The notes: generated by a model not told the origin, from the sequence alone. Shown: positions 28,579-38,386, counted from the first letter of the stretch. The stretch: DNA of 64,000 nucleotides from Thermoplasmata archaeon (GCA_034667685.1 JAXDQU010000021.1:46654-110653); one strand, 5' to 3'. Numbers and translations are program-made.

Positions 28579-28821
28579 GTGTCCACCCGCGACCGCGTCC
28601 GCGCGCTGCTCCTCGAACGGCCGGGCCTGACCACCACCGAGGCCGCGCGGGCGCTCGCGCTCGACCGCACGACGGCGCGCTATCATCTGCGGCAGCTGGC
28701 GAGGGAGCGCCACGCCGTCGCGAGCGGGCTGAGGTGGTTCCCGCCGAGGCAGGCGCTCGGCCGTCGGGACTCCGGGCTCCGGGCTCTGGACTCTGGACTC
28801 CCGGCGAGTCCTGAGCCCTGA
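28579..28821 (+). CDS. short winged-HTH protein, possibly truncated
   Basis: TRDRVRALLLERPG..EAARAL.LDRTTARYHLRQL; the C-terminus is read from a repeat. Confidence 0.6.
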   Translation: MSTRDRVRALLLERPGLTTTEAARALALDRTTARYHLRQLARERHAVASGLRWFPPRQALGRRDSGLRALDSGLPASPEP

Positions 28822-28854
28822 GCCCACAGCCCGGAGCCCTGGATCGGCTCCCGA
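28763..28854. repeat. palindromic element, family H (7-nt units)
   Basis: GGACTCC GGGCTCC GGGCTCT GGACTCT GGACTC / GAGTCCT GAGCCCT GAGCCCA CAGCCCG GAGCCCT. Confidence 0.75.
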
Positions 28855-28908
28855 AAGGCTCTTCCGGAGGACGACCCGTGGGCGACCCGCCACGAGGCCA
28901 GCGCCCCC

Positions 28909-30339
28909 ATGTACGTCATCCTCGGCTGCGGGTCCGTCGGCTTCAACGCCGCGCGCCTGCTCAAGTCGCGCGACGAGGACCTCCTCGTCATCGACCGCTC
29001 CAAGAAGCGCGTCGAGGACCTGCGCGACGCCGGGTACACCGCCGTCACGGGCGACATGGAGAACCTGGAGGCCTTCCGCCCCGAGTTCGAGCGCGCGAGC
29101 GCGTTCCTGCTCCTGAGCAGCAACATGGAGGCCAACCTCTCGGGCCTGAAGCACCTCAAGCGCGAGTACGCGCACGCCTTCGTGATCGTGCGCGCGATCG
29201 ACCCGGTCTCGGCCGAGGCGTTCGAGAAGGCGGGCGCGGACCGCGTCATCACGCCCAGCGACGTCATCGCCCGCAGCGTGCTGCGCGAGCTCTCCGAGTT
29301 CGAGGTGCGCAGGACGGGCGGCGCGCTCATCGCCATCATCCAGGCCGCCAAGTCGGTCGCCATCTTCCTCCAGAGCAACCCGGACCCCGACGCGCTGGGC
29401 AGCGGCCTGGCGCTCAAGGCCATCTGCGAGCACTTCGGCGCGAAGTCCACGCTCTACTACGGCGGCGCGATCGGCCACCAGGAGAACCGCGCCTTCGTGA
29501 ATCTCCTGGAGATCCAGCTCGTGCAGGTGGGCCCGCGCGACGACGTCCACGACATCGTGGCGCAGCACGACTGCGTGGCGCTCGTCGAGGCCTCGCTGCC
29601 CGGGAAGAACAACGTGCTCCCGCTCGACGTCACGCCGGACATCGTGTTCGACCACCACCTCGTCGAGGAGGCGGACATCCGCGCGCGCTTCCACGACGTG
29701 CGCCAGGAGATCGGCGCCACGAGCACGATCCTCACGCAGTACCTCAAGCAGCTGGGCGTCCCCGTCGACGCGAAGCTCGCCGTCGCGCTCCTGTACGGCA
29801 TCCGGACCGACACGAAGTCCTTCTCGCGCGACGTGACGCCCGCCGACATGGAGGCGGCCACCTTCCTCTCGCAGCACGCCGATCCGGAACTGCTGGAGAA
29901 GATCGAGACGCCGCCCATGGCCGCCGAGACGGTGGACACGCTGGGCAAGGCGATCCGCAACCGCGAGCAGTACGGCTCGTTCATCCTCACGAGCGTGGAC
30001 TTCATCCGCGACCGCGACACGCTGCCGCAGGCCGCCGACTTCCTCCTGAAGCTGGAAGGCGTGAACACGGTGATCGCGTTCGGCATCGTCGAGGACGTCA
30101 TCCACATCAGCGCGCGCACCAACGACGTGCGCGTGAACTTGGGCGAGGCGCTGGAGAAGGCGTTCGGCAAGCAGAACGCCGGGGGCCACGCCAAGATGGC
30201 GGGCGGCCAGATCCGGCTGGGCATCTTCGGCGACGTGGACGAGAAGGAGGCGCTTCTCCGGCTCGCCCGCGACGCCGTGCGCAAGCAGGTGCTCAACGTG
30301 CTCGGCCTCGAAGAGCGGGCCAAGCGCGAAGAGGAATAG
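28909..30339 (+). CDS. TrkA-N plus DHH/DHHA1 phosphoesterase
   Basis: GCGSVG Rossmann motif, NPDPDA, DHH, GIRTDT, GGHAKMAG. Confidence 0.92.
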   Translation: MYVILGCGSVGFNAARLLKSRDEDLLVIDRSKKRVEDLRDAGYTAVTGDMENLEAFRPEFERASAFLLLSSNMEANLSGLKHLKREYAHAFVIVRAIDPVSAEAFEKAGADRVITPSDVIARSVLRELSEFEVRRTGGALIAIIQAAKSVAIFLQSNPDPDALGSGLALKAICEHFGAKSTLYYGGAIGHQENRAFVNLLEIQLVQVGPRDDVHDIVAQHDCVALVEASLPGKNNVLPLDVTPDIVFDHHLVEEADIRARFHDVRQEIGATSTILTQYLKQLGVPVDAKLAVALLYGIRTDTKSFSRDVTPADMEAATFLSQHADPELLEKIETPPMAAETVDTLGKAIRNREQYGSFILTSVDFIRDRDTLPQAADFLLKLEGVNTVIAFGIVEDVIHISARTNDVRVNLGEALEKAFGKQNAGGHAKMAGGQIRLGIFGDVDEKEALLRLARDAVRKQVLNVLGLEERAKREEE

Positions 30340-30366
30340 CGCACCGGTTTCCTGCGTGCGGGAAGC

Positions 30367-30458
30367 GCGACCCGTCCAAAACCCGACGACCCGAGAACCC
30401 GACGGACCAACTCGGGTAGTCGGGTGCTCGGGTCCCTCGGGTTTTCTCGGAGGGTCAC
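30367..30458. repeat. palindromic element, family C
   Basis: ACCCGACG ACCCGAGA ACCCGAC / TCGGGTAG TCGGGTGC TCGGGTCC TCGGGTTTT. Confidence 0.75.
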
Positions 30459-30525
30459 ACGCCCAGCCACGATCGGACGGTAGTGACGGAACCTTTTTCC
30501 CAGCCGCTCGGCGTGCGCGCCACGC

Positions 30526-30999
30526 ATGAAGGCCTTCGGCTTCCTCCTGCTCCTCTCCGGTCTCGTCCTCGCGGCCGTCCCGGTCCACGCCCAGTCGAGC
30601 CAGACCACGTTCAACCTCGTGGGCAAGGCCAACGGCGGCTCCTACGCGTGGTACCTCGACGGCGCCGGCAGCCCGAACCCCGACCTCAACGTCCCGGCCA
30701 ACACGCAGATCACCATCACCTGGTCGAGCGCGGACGACGTCCCCCACACGCTCAAGGTCGGCTCGAACGCCGTCTGCGGCGGCAACGGCAAGTCGAACAG
30801 CGACGGCCCCCAGACCTGCACGTTCAACTCGGGCAGCGCCAACATGGACTACGCCTGCACGATCCACCCCGACATGAAGGGCAGCGTCAAGGTCGCGGGC
30901 GCGGCCGAGCCGGCGAAGAAGTCGCCCGGCACGCAGGTGCTCGGCGTCGGTCTCGCGTTCGTGGGCGCCGCGCTGCTGGCGTCCCGTCGCCAGAAGTAG
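30526..30999 (+). CDS. secreted cupredoxin with C-terminal membrane anchor
   Basis: Type 1 copper ligands PH..YACTIHPDM; KKSPG, TM helix, RRQK. Confidence 0.85.
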   Translation: MKAFGFLLLLSGLVLAAVPVHAQSSQTTFNLVGKANGGSYAWYLDGAGSPNPDLNVPANTQITITWSSADDVPHTLKVGSNAVCGGNGKSNSDGPQTCTFNSGSANMDYACTIHPDMKGSVKVAGAAEPAKKSPGTQVLGVGLAFVGAALLASRRQK

Positions 31000-31049
31000 G
31001 GTCCCTCCTTCCCAAGACGCCCGAGCGGCCCCCGGAGCCAAGCTTCGCA

Positions 31050-31166
31050 TGGGCCGCCTCCGGCGGAGGAAATCCCGAATCACGAATCTCCGAATCACGA
31101 ACAGCAGATCCTCGTGATTCGAGATTCGTGATTCGGGATTCCCCGCGCGGAGCGCGCCGGGGCTGT
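31050..31166. repeat. palindromic element, family E core (CGAATCA units)
   Basis: GGGCCGCCTCCGGCGG..AATCCCGAATCACGAATCTC / GAGATTCGTGATTCGGGATT..CCGCGCGGAGCGCG. Confidence 0.8.
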
Positions 31167-31232
31167 CGGTTCAGCCTGGAATCCAAGGGTCCAAATCCTT
31201 ATCCCCGCGGTCGTGGTCGCGCGGCTGTTCGC

Positions 31233-32399
31233 ATGCAGGTCGAGCTCCCGGGCATCACGCTGGTCGGCACGGCCCACGTCTCGGCCGAGAGCGTGGCCGA
31301 GGTGCGCGACGTCGTGGCGCGCGTGAAGCCGGCCGTCGTCGCCGTCGAGCTCGACGAGAACCGCAAGCGCGCGATCGTGGACAAGAAGCGCTTCGAGGAG
31401 ACGCCGATCACGGACCTCCTGCGCAGCGGCAAGTCCTCCTTCATCCTCGCGCAGAGCCTCCTCGCGAGCTATCAACGCCGCATGGGCGCCAAGTACGGCG
31501 TCGAGCCGGGCGCCGAGATGGTCGCCGCGATCCACGCGGCCGAGGCCAGCGGCGCGAAGCTCGCGCTCGTCGACCGCGACATCGGCGTCACGCTGCGCCG
31601 CGCGTACGCCAAGATGGGCTTCGGCGAGCGCATCCGCCTCGCGTGGGAGCTGATCAAGTCGCTCGCGGGCGCGGGCGACGACGAGGAGATCGACGTCGAG
31701 GAGATCCTGCAGGAGGACGTCCTCACCGCGATGATGGGCGAGCTCTCCGCCATGGCGCCCACCGTCGCCGACGTGCTGATCCACGAGCGCGACGCCTACC
31801 TCGCCGCGCACATCCGCGAGGCCGCGAAGGACGGCCACGTCGTCGCCGTGCTGGGCGCGGGCCACCTGGCCGGCGTCGAGAAGTACCTGCGCGCGCCCGA
31901 CACCATCCCCGACACGAAGCCGCTCGAGGTCATCCCAAAGCGCTTCCCGTGGGGGCTCGTCGTCACGATCCTCCTGTCGCTCGTCATCGCAGGCTACTTC
32001 GCGTTCAGCTTCTACAAGGGCGTGACGACGGGCGACTTCAGCGACTTCACGCGCCACCTCAAGGAGTACGTCATCGTCATGGGCGGCATGTGCGCGCTGG
32101 GCGCCCTCGCCGCCGCCGCGAACCCGCTCGCGATCCTGACGGCCTTCGTCGCCGCGCCCACCAAGATCATCCATCCCTTCGTGGGCTCGGGCATCTTCCC
32201 GGGGCTCGTCCAGGCCAAGATGAACAAGCCCACGATGAAGGACTTCCAGGGCATCAGCCACCTCCAGGCGATGCGCGACCTCTACCGCAACAAGCTCACG
32301 CACGTGCTGCTCGTGGCGAGCCTCTCGCAGCTCTTCGCGGACGTCGGGCTGCTGCTCCTTCCCATCGTGTTCCGCACCGGGCTCCCCTTCGTCCACTGA
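31233..32399 (+). CDS. TraB/GumN family protein
   Basis: LVGTAHVS, VELD, PGAEM, DRDI..TL.R, ERD, VLGAGH. Confidence 0.93.
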   Translation: MQVELPGITLVGTAHVSAESVAEVRDVVARVKPAVVAVELDENRKRAIVDKKRFEETPITDLLRSGKSSFILAQSLLASYQRRMGAKYGVEPGAEMVAAIHAAEASGAKLALVDRDIGVTLRRAYAKMGFGERIRLAWELIKSLAGAGDDEEIDVEEILQEDVLTAMMGELSAMAPTVADVLIHERDAYLAAHIREAAKDGHVVAVLGAGHLAGVEKYLRAPDTIPDTKPLEVIPKRFPWGLVVTILLSLVIAGYFAFSFYKGVTTGDFSDFTRHLKEYVIVMGGMCALGALAAAANPLAILTAFVAAPTKIIHPFVGSGIFPGLVQAKMNKPTMKDFQGISHLQAMRDLYRNKLTHVLLVASLSQLFADVGLLLLPIVFRTGLPFVH

Positions 32400-32453
32400 G
32401 GGCGCGCCGAGCTCCAGGGTCAACTTTAAGGGGGGCCTCCCAATTCCCGCCGC

Positions 32454-33575
32454 GTGCGCGCCCTCCTGGTCCTGGCCTTCCTGCCTGTTCTTCTCGCGGG
32501 CGCGGCCTTCGCGCAGAACGCGACGGACAACAGCACGGCCACCGGCAACGCCACGGCGACCAGCAGTGGGCCTACCGCGGCGTCCGTGACGATGCACGCG
32601 CACGTCGAGGGCGACACCTACTACTGGACGCAGGGCTCGGACGCGCAGCGCAACCCGACGCTCTCCTTCGCGCCCGGCACGCAGGTGACGGTCACCGTCG
32701 TCGACGAGAGCGACCAGACGCACAACTTCGCCGTGGCGCCCGACGCGAAGGGCAGCCCCTACGTGAACGGCCAGGGTGACCAGACGACGTACACGTTCAC
32801 GATGCCCAGCTCCGACACGACGTACTTCTGCGTGCCGCACAAGAGCCTGGGCATGGGCGGCAAGATCACCGTCGCGGGCGCCTCCACGGGCGGCGCCGCG
32901 GCGGGCGGCAACGCGAGCGCGCCGGCCCCCACGCCCGCGCCGACCTCGTTCACCATCGTCGCGCACGCCGAGGGCGACTCCTACTTCTGGACGCTCGAAG
33001 GCCAGACGCAGCACAACCCGACCATCACCGTGGCGCCCGACACGACCATCACGGTCACCGTGAAGAACTCGGGCGACGTCACGCACAACTTCGCCGTGGG
33101 CGACGACAAGAAGGGGAGCGCGTACCTCGCCTCGCCCGCCGACGTCGTCACCTACACGTTCCAGAGCGGCCACGAGGGCGAGTCGTCCATCTACTTCTGC
33201 GTCCCCCACGGCAGCCTGGGCATGAAGGGCACGCTCAAGTTCGCCAAGGAGATCGCCCCGCCCACCTCCAGCGGCGGGGGCGGCGCCACCAGCGGCGTCC
33301 TGGGCACCGGCTCGATCAACGGCGACGCGGTGGACCTCGGCCAGGCCAGCGGCGACGGCAAGTGCGGCGGCATGCAGATTCCCGCGCCCGTCGCCGACAA
33401 GCAGGTCGGCGGCCCCACCGTCGCGGACTACCAGAAGCGCTGCGACGAGGGCGGCGCGCCCCAGGAGGGCCTCGTCACCCCCTCCAACGCCGACTACGTG
33501 ATCCCGGTCTCGCTGGGCGTCATCGGGCTGGGCGTCGTGGGCGTCGTCTGGGTTCACAAGTTTTACAGGCCCTAA
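32454..33575 (+). CDS. secreted protein with two cupredoxin (plastocyanin/halocyanin-like) domains and a C-terminal TM helix
   Basis: Two copies of HNF...YFCVPH.SLGM. Confidence 0.88.
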   Translation: MRALLVLAFLPVLLAGAAFAQNATDNSTATGNATATSSGPTAASVTMHAHVEGDTYYWTQGSDAQRNPTLSFAPGTQVTVTVVDESDQTHNFAVAPDAKGSPYVNGQGDQTTYTFTMPSSDTTYFCVPHKSLGMGGKITVAGASTGGAAAGGNASAPAPTPAPTSFTIVAHAEGDSYFWTLEGQTQHNPTITVAPDTTITVTVKNSGDVTHNFAVGDDKKGSAYLASPADVVTYTFQSGHEGESSIYFCVPHGSLGMKGTLKFAKEIAPPTSSGGGGATSGVLGTGSINGDAVDLGQASGDGKCGGMQIPAPVADKQVGGPTVADYQKRCDEGGAPQEGLVTPSNADYVIPVSLGVIGLGVVGVVWVHKFYRP

Positions 33576-33591
33576 CGCGGCTCGCGGCACG

Positions 33592-34347
33592 ATGGCGGTG
33601 CGCGACGACGAGCATGGGCCGCGCATCTTCTTCTCCTGGGAGGAGATCGGGCACCTCGCGCTGGGCTCCACGGTGCTCACGCTCGCCTTCGCGCTCGTCC
33701 TGGGCATCCGCACCGGCGGCGCCTTCGTCCTGCCGCCGGGCTTCGACTTCAGCGACGCGCCGCGCCTGCTCTTCTTCAGCGCCATCGTCGTGCTCCCGGC
33801 CTTCGTGCTCCACGAGATCGCGCACAAGATCGTCGCGCAGCGCAAGGACATGTGGGCCGAGTTCCGCGCGAGCATCAAGGGGCTCGTGGTCGGCTTCATC
33901 CTGACCGCCGGCATTGGCTTCCTCGCGCTGGTCCCCGGCGCCGTGCAGATCTACGGCAAGGGGCGCGACCAGGCGCTCTACGAGCTGCGCGAGGCGCGCC
34001 TCCACGGCGACGCGAGCGAGGTCGCCTTCGCCACCGCCGAGCTGCGCGACGCCGCGCGCAACGAGGGCATCATCAGCGTCGTGGGGCCCATCCTCAACCT
34101 CGTGCTGGGCTACGGCGCGCTGCTCCTCGAGCCCGTCGTCGGCCCCATCCGCGTCTCGCGCGACTTCGGCAACCTCCTCGAGGTCATCGTGCTGCTCAAC
34201 GGCATCCTCGCCGCGTTCAACATGCTGCCCATCGGGCCGCTCGACGGCCGCAAGGTGTGGCACTGGAGCAAGCTCGCCTTCGTGGGCATGTGGGCGATGA
34301 TCGTGGCGCTCGCGCTGCTGATCCTCCAGAGCGCGTACACGATCTAG
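33592..34347 (+). CDS. site-2 protease (M50 family)
   Basis: HEIAH, GPILN, FNMLPIGPLDG. Confidence 0.92.
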   Translation: MAVRDDEHGPRIFFSWEEIGHLALGSTVLTLAFALVLGIRTGGAFVLPPGFDFSDAPRLLFFSAIVVLPAFVLHEIAHKIVAQRKDMWAEFRASIKGLVVGFILTAGIGFLALVPGAVQIYGKGRDQALYELREARLHGDASEVAFATAELRDAARNEGIISVVGPILNLVLGYGALLLEPVVGPIRVSRDFGNLLEVIVLLNGILAAFNMLPIGPLDGRKVWHWSKLAFVGMWAMIVALALLILQSAYTI

Positions 34348-34407
34348 AACCGGTTTCGCAACCTCCTTCATTTGTTGTGGGATCTTTTTCTTTTCATCTT
34401 CCGCGTG

Positions 34408-34475
34408 GCCGCCATCACGCCAAGACGCCAACACGCCGCGTGTTGGCGTCTTGGCGTGATGGCGGCAAGCGAAGC
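34408..34475. repeat. palindromic element, family F
   Basis: Perfect 29-bp arms with a 1-nt loop, followed by AAGCGAAGC. Confidence 0.9.
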
Positions 34476-34519
34476 CGGGACCCAAGCAAGGCACTGCGAC
34501 AGAGGTCATGGAATTGGTT

Positions 34520-34915
34520 CTACGCGCGGAGCTTGAGGCGGGCCCATTCGAGGAACCGCACCGCCTGCTTCTCAATGCGCGCGGCCGACTTCTCGTCGAA
34601 GTCCACGTCCTCGTACTCGACGACGTTCTTCTCGTGGATCACCTGCGCAGCCTGCTGCGCCCGCTCCTTCGCGTCGTCGAGGGGAAGCTGCCGCAGGAGG
34701 GCGATCACGTCGAGGTGCGAACCGCCCACCGAGCGCTCCCCCAGGTAGAACGCGGTCATGGCATCGGCCGCGCTGATGACAGCGTGGACCGCGTTGAGCC
34801 CGACGGCGTTCCAGTCCTCGCGCAGGGCGGCGTCCCCCATGCTCCGCTCGAACTCGGCGGCCTTCTTGAGATAGACCGCGTGGCGGGCGGGGGCAAGCTT
34901 CCGCGTCTTGGTCAC
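34520..34915 (-). CDS. HEPN domain protein (putative toxin)
   Basis: Helical, 131 aa; YLKKA.EF..AVHAVISAADA..RS...H..KN..EY; coupled to the MNT gene. Confidence 0.8.
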   Translation of the reverse strand: MTKTRKLAPARHAVYLKKAAEFERSMGDAALREDWNAVGLNAVHAVISAADAMTAFYLGERSVGGSHLDVIALLRQLPLDDAKERAQQAAQVIHEKNVVEYEDVDFDEKSAARIEKQAVRFLEWARLKLRA

Positions 34916-35508
34916 GGCATGTCGCCCCGGAGCACGCGCCCCTCGGCGCGGACGTTGCCCAGGAGCGCAGTCTTGCGCAGCCGGGGCAGGTCGGACTCGG
35001 GGTGCACGATCGCCGAAAGCTGCGCGCCGAACCTCTCGCCCAGCCGGATCGCCAGGTGATCCAGGCGCTTGCGCACGTCCTCCACGTCCGAGGCGCGCCG
35101 GGTGAGGACCAGGAGGTCCACGTCGCTTCGCGCGGTCTCGTCGCCGCGCGCGAACGAGCCGAAGAGGATGGCGCGCGTGACGCGCTCGTCCCGCACGCCC
35201 TTCCTCAGCGTGGCGAGCATGACGCCGGGCAGGTCGCGCTCGGCTTCGAACGCGGGTCTCAGGAGGCGAAACACCACGTGCTCGCGGTTCGCGCGCCAGG
35301 CATGGGTGCGGCCGTGGGTCTGGCGCGTGACGATCCCCGCCTCGCGCAGCCGGCCAAGCTCCTGGATGACCTTCGAGGGCGCGCCGCCGGCCATCTGCGC
35401 GAGCTGGCGCCCGGTGAACTCCTTCTCGGGGAAGAGGCTGAGCACGCGCAGGACGCGCACGCTGGTCTTGCCGCCGATGACGTCATCGAGCGGCGCAGAG
35501 GCCGTCAT
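34912..35508 (-). CDS. HTH plus minimal nucleotidyltransferase (putative antitoxin)
   Basis: N-terminal HTH (GRQLAQMAG); LFGSFARG..SDVDLLV. Confidence 0.9.
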   Translation of the reverse strand: MTASAPLDDVIGGKTSVRVLRVLSLFPEKEFTGRQLAQMAGGAPSKVIQELGRLREAGIVTRQTHGRTHAWRANREHVVFRLLRPAFEAERDLPGVMLATLRKGVRDERVTRAILFGSFARGDETARSDVDLLVLTRRASDVEDVRKRLDHLAIRLGERFGAQLSAIVHPESDLPRLRKTALLGNVRAEGRVLRGDMP

Positions 35509-35518
35509 GGAGAGGACA

Positions 35519-35557
35519 ATGTTCCCATTTATTCATATATGTTCCCGATCGGGGACA
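35519..35557 (-). promoter_or_regulatory. promoter/operator of the MNT-HEPN pair
   Basis: Two ATGTTCCC copies flank an AT-rich box; palindrome TGTTCCCGATCGGGGACA. Confidence 0.6.
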
Positions 35558-36411
35558 GACGGCTCCCGCGCCGCGATCAGCCCCATCGCCACGACGGCGC
35601 AGAGCAGCAGCGCCGCGCCCACGAGCTCCACGGCGCCGAACGTCTCGCGCTTGATCGCGAGCGAGACGAGGCTCGCCACGAGGATCTCCCAGAGCAGCAG
35701 GAGGGCGCTGGCGCTGGGGCGGATGCCGCGCAGCCCGTACGTCCAGAGCCCGTAGGCGGCGGCCGTGGTGACGACGCCCGCATAGAGGACGGCCGCGGCG
35801 CCCGGCGCGCTCCACGCGAGCGGCTGCGGGTCGAGGAGGAGCACGGGCAGCGCGAGGAGGCTGGAGAGGAGGAACGTCCACGCGGTGACGGCGACGGGGT
35901 CGCGCGTCGCGATGGCGCGGTCGTTCAGGACGAAGTAGACGCTCCACGCGAGGCCCGCGCCGAGCTCCAGCAGGTCGCCCACGAGCTGGCCGCCGCGGAG
36001 GCGCGAGGGGTCCTCGCCCACGATGAGCACGACGGCGCCCGCGCAGCCCGCGAGGATCGCCGCGACGCGCGCCCAGCCCAGGCGCTTGCGCAGGACGTAG
36101 CGCTCCACGAGCGCGACGGCGAAGGCGCTCGTGTTCACGAAGAGCGCGGTGCGCGCGGGTGTCGTGAGCGTCTGGCCGTAGTATTGCAGGAGGAAGCCGG
36201 TCGCGTTGGCGGCGGCGAGCGCCCAGATGAAGGGATCGCGCGGCAGGCGCAGGTCGAGGCGGCGCAGGACAAGCGCGACGGCGGCGACGACGAGCCCGCC
36301 CACGGCGAAGCGCAGCACGACGAACCAGCCGGGCCCGACGTAGGCGAGCCCGCGGTCGTTGACGCTGAAGCTCGTGCCCCAGAGCGTGGCGGCGAGGAGC
36401 GTCGCCGTCAC
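35533..36411 (-). CDS. DMT/EamA transporter
   Basis: LWGTSF..LRF, about 10 TM helices; start codon uncertain. Confidence 0.88.
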   Translation of the reverse strand: MTATLLAATLWGTSFSVNDRGLAYVGPGWFVVLRFAVGGLVVAAVALVLRRLDLRLPRDPFIWALAAANATGFLLQYYGQTLTTPARTALFVNTSAFAVALVERYVLRKRLGWARVAAILAGCAGAVVLIVGEDPSRLRGGQLVGDLLELGAGLAWSVYFVLNDRAIATRDPVAVTAWTFLLSSLLALPVLLLDPQPLAWSAPGAAAVLYAGVVTTAAAYGLWTYGLRGIRPSASALLLLWEILVASLVSLAIKRETFGAVELVGAALLLCAVVAMGLIAAREPSVPDREHI

Positions 36412-36477
36412 TGCCGCTTTCGCGCCCGGTGCCTTCGGCTTGGAGCCGTCTCGCCGCGCCGCAGCGCGGCGACTCCG

Positions 36478-36584
36478 CGGGGGTTTCAGGGGGCAGAGCC
36501 CCCTGACGTCTTCGTCTTGAGGATACCATGCAAGGGGAGCTTCTTGCTTAACGTCGGGGGGCTCCGCCCCCCGAGCCCCCCGCG
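36478..36584. repeat. palindromic element, family D
   Basis: CGCGGGGG..GGGGGCAGAGCCCCC..ACGT / ACGTCGGGGGGCTCCGCCCCCC..CCCCCGCG. Confidence 0.75.
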
Positions 36585-36644
36585 TGTGCGCGCGCTGCGG
36601 CGCGCGCGGACGTGCTTGACCGCGCCGACCTTCTTCGCCATGCC

Positions 36645-37661
36645 TCACGTCCGCGTGACGACCCAGTCGAAGCCGAGCGCGCCATCGGGCCCGGTGAAGG
36701 AGACGTGGCGCGTGGTCGCCGGCGGGCCCTCGCCACGCGCGGTGGTGCCGGCCACGAGGTCGAGGCGGAGGTACGCGCCGCGCGGGTCGTCGAAGAAGTC
36801 CAGCGTGCGGCCGTCGGCCCCGTCGCGCGCGGAGAGGATCAGGATCGCGCCCAGCGAGCCGCGCCGCGGCGTGCTGTCGTTGACGCCGAGGTCGGCCGCG
36901 TGGCCGGGGCTCGCCTGGCCGACCGCGAAGCCGTCGTTGAGATCGAGGCGGACCGCGGTGCCGTTGCCCGAGACGGTGACGTTCTCGACGCGCAGGCCGA
37001 GGTCCCAGAGCGGGTCCGCGTCGTTCCCGTCGGGGACGCCGTCGCGGTCCGTGTCGGCGCTGCGCGGGTCGGTGCCCAGCGTCTTCTCGGCGTCGTCGGA
37101 GAGCCCGTCGCGGTCGGTGTCGGGGACGCACGGGTCGGACGTGACGTGGAGCGGGACGCCGCGCAGGGTCGCGTTCCAGCCGAGGACCTCCTCGCCGTCG
37201 GAGAGCTTGTCGCCGTCGGTCGAGCCGCGCACGGCGGAGAGCGAGCACGCGGGCGTCGCGTCCATCTCGCCCACGAACTTGCCGCTCCCCGGCGGAAGCT
37301 CGACGACGCCGCGGGCGCGCCACGCCTTCGCCGCGTCGGAGTCGGGCGCCAGCGTCACGTTGTGGCCGTCGAGCAGCCCGTCATGGTCCGTGTCGACGTC
37401 GCGCGGGTCGGTCTTGAAGCCGTACTCGCTGGTGTCGGAGAGGCCGTCGCCGTCGGTGTCGGCGTGGTGCGGATCGCTCGTGGCGGCGCGCGGCTCGACG
37501 GTGCCGTTGGCGTAGACGATGCTGATCAGGTTGGGCGCCGTCTCCTGGTCGTCGGGGAGGCCGTCGCCGTCCGAGTCGCGCGCGCCGTTGCCCTGGCCCA
37601 CGCAGCCCGATAGCAAAGGGAGGGCGAGGAAGAGGGCGAGGGCAAGGGCGGGGGCTTTCAT
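36645..37661 (-). CDS. lipoprotein with Ca-binding DxDxDG repeats
   Basis: Lipobox LLSGC; repeated DSDGDGL, DTDGDGL, DTDHDG, DTDRDG. Confidence 0.85.
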   Translation of the reverse strand: MKAPALALALFLALPLLSGCVGQGNGARDSDGDGLPDDQETAPNLISIVYANGTVEPRAATSDPHHADTDGDGLSDTSEYGFKTDPRDVDTDHDGLLDGHNVTLAPDSDAAKAWRARGVVELPPGSGKFVGEMDATPACSLSAVRGSTDGDKLSDGEEVLGWNATLRGVPLHVTSDPCVPDTDRDGLSDDAEKTLGTDPRSADTDRDGVPDGNDADPLWDLGLRVENVTVSGNGTAVRLDLNDGFAVGQASPGHAADLGVNDSTPRRGSLGAILILSARDGADGRTLDFFDDPRGAYLRLDLVAGTTARGEGPPATTRHVSFTGPDGALGFDWVVTRT

Positions 37662-38383
37662 GGGATCGAGATCCAGTTGAACGGGGGCTGGGAGTTGGAC
37701 ATCGCGGGGTCGGGCGGCACCTGCACGTTGTCGACCGCCTCGTGGTTGTGGAAGACGGCCTCGAAGGAGTACCAGCCGGTGCCCTGGTCGAAGCGCGCCT
37801 TGTCGACGTCGAAGTCGGTGGCCGTGTTGCCGTGGCTCGTCTCGACGGAGAACTGCGCGACGTTGACGTCGCCGGTGCCGTCCTTGCCGTGGTACTTCAG
37901 CGTCAGCACCAGCTCGCCCTCCGCGAGCACGCGGTCCTCGGCGTTGCCGCCGCTGGCGGACTGGAGCGCGGCCTCGACGGTGACGTGGTCGCCGCGGTCG
38001 AAGGGGTGCAGGTAGACGTAGCTGACCCACTTGTCGACGTGCACGCGCGAGCGCGCCTCGACGCCCGCGTAGCGCACGAGCACGTCGTACTCGCCGTTGC
38101 CCACGACGAAGTGGTCGTAGGGGACGAACACGTTGCCGGTGCGCCCGCTCACCTCGAACGTCCCGCCCTTGCCCGCCGGAGGGTAGGCGATCTGGTCGCC
38201 GTAGTAGATGACGTACTCCGCGTTCCCGCCGGAGAGGCGCGCGAGCACGCTCTTGTCCGCGGCGAGGAAGATCGTCATCCCGCTGGCGGACTTGGGCGCG
38301 GAGGCGGCGATGATGAGGTCGGTGGGCGTGATGCAGCCGGGAAGCGTCAGGAGCGCCGCGAGCGCGAGAGGGAGCGCACGCAC
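37658..38383 (-). CDS. hypothetical lipoprotein
   Basis: Lipobox LPGC; beta-rich; lies within an operon. Confidence 0.75.
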   Translation of the reverse strand: MRALPLALAALLTLPGCITPTDLIIAASAPKSASGMTIFLAADKSVLARLSGGNAEYVIYYGDQIAYPPAGKGGTFEVSGRTGNVFVPYDHFVVGNGEYDVLVRYAGVEARSRVHVDKWVSYVYLHPFDRGDHVTVEAALQSASGGNAEDRVLAEGELVLTLKYHGKDGTGDVNVAQFSVETSHGNTATDFDVDKARFDQGTGWYSFEAVFHNHEAVDNVQVPPDPAMSNSQPPFNWISIP

Positions 38384-38386
38384 GCG

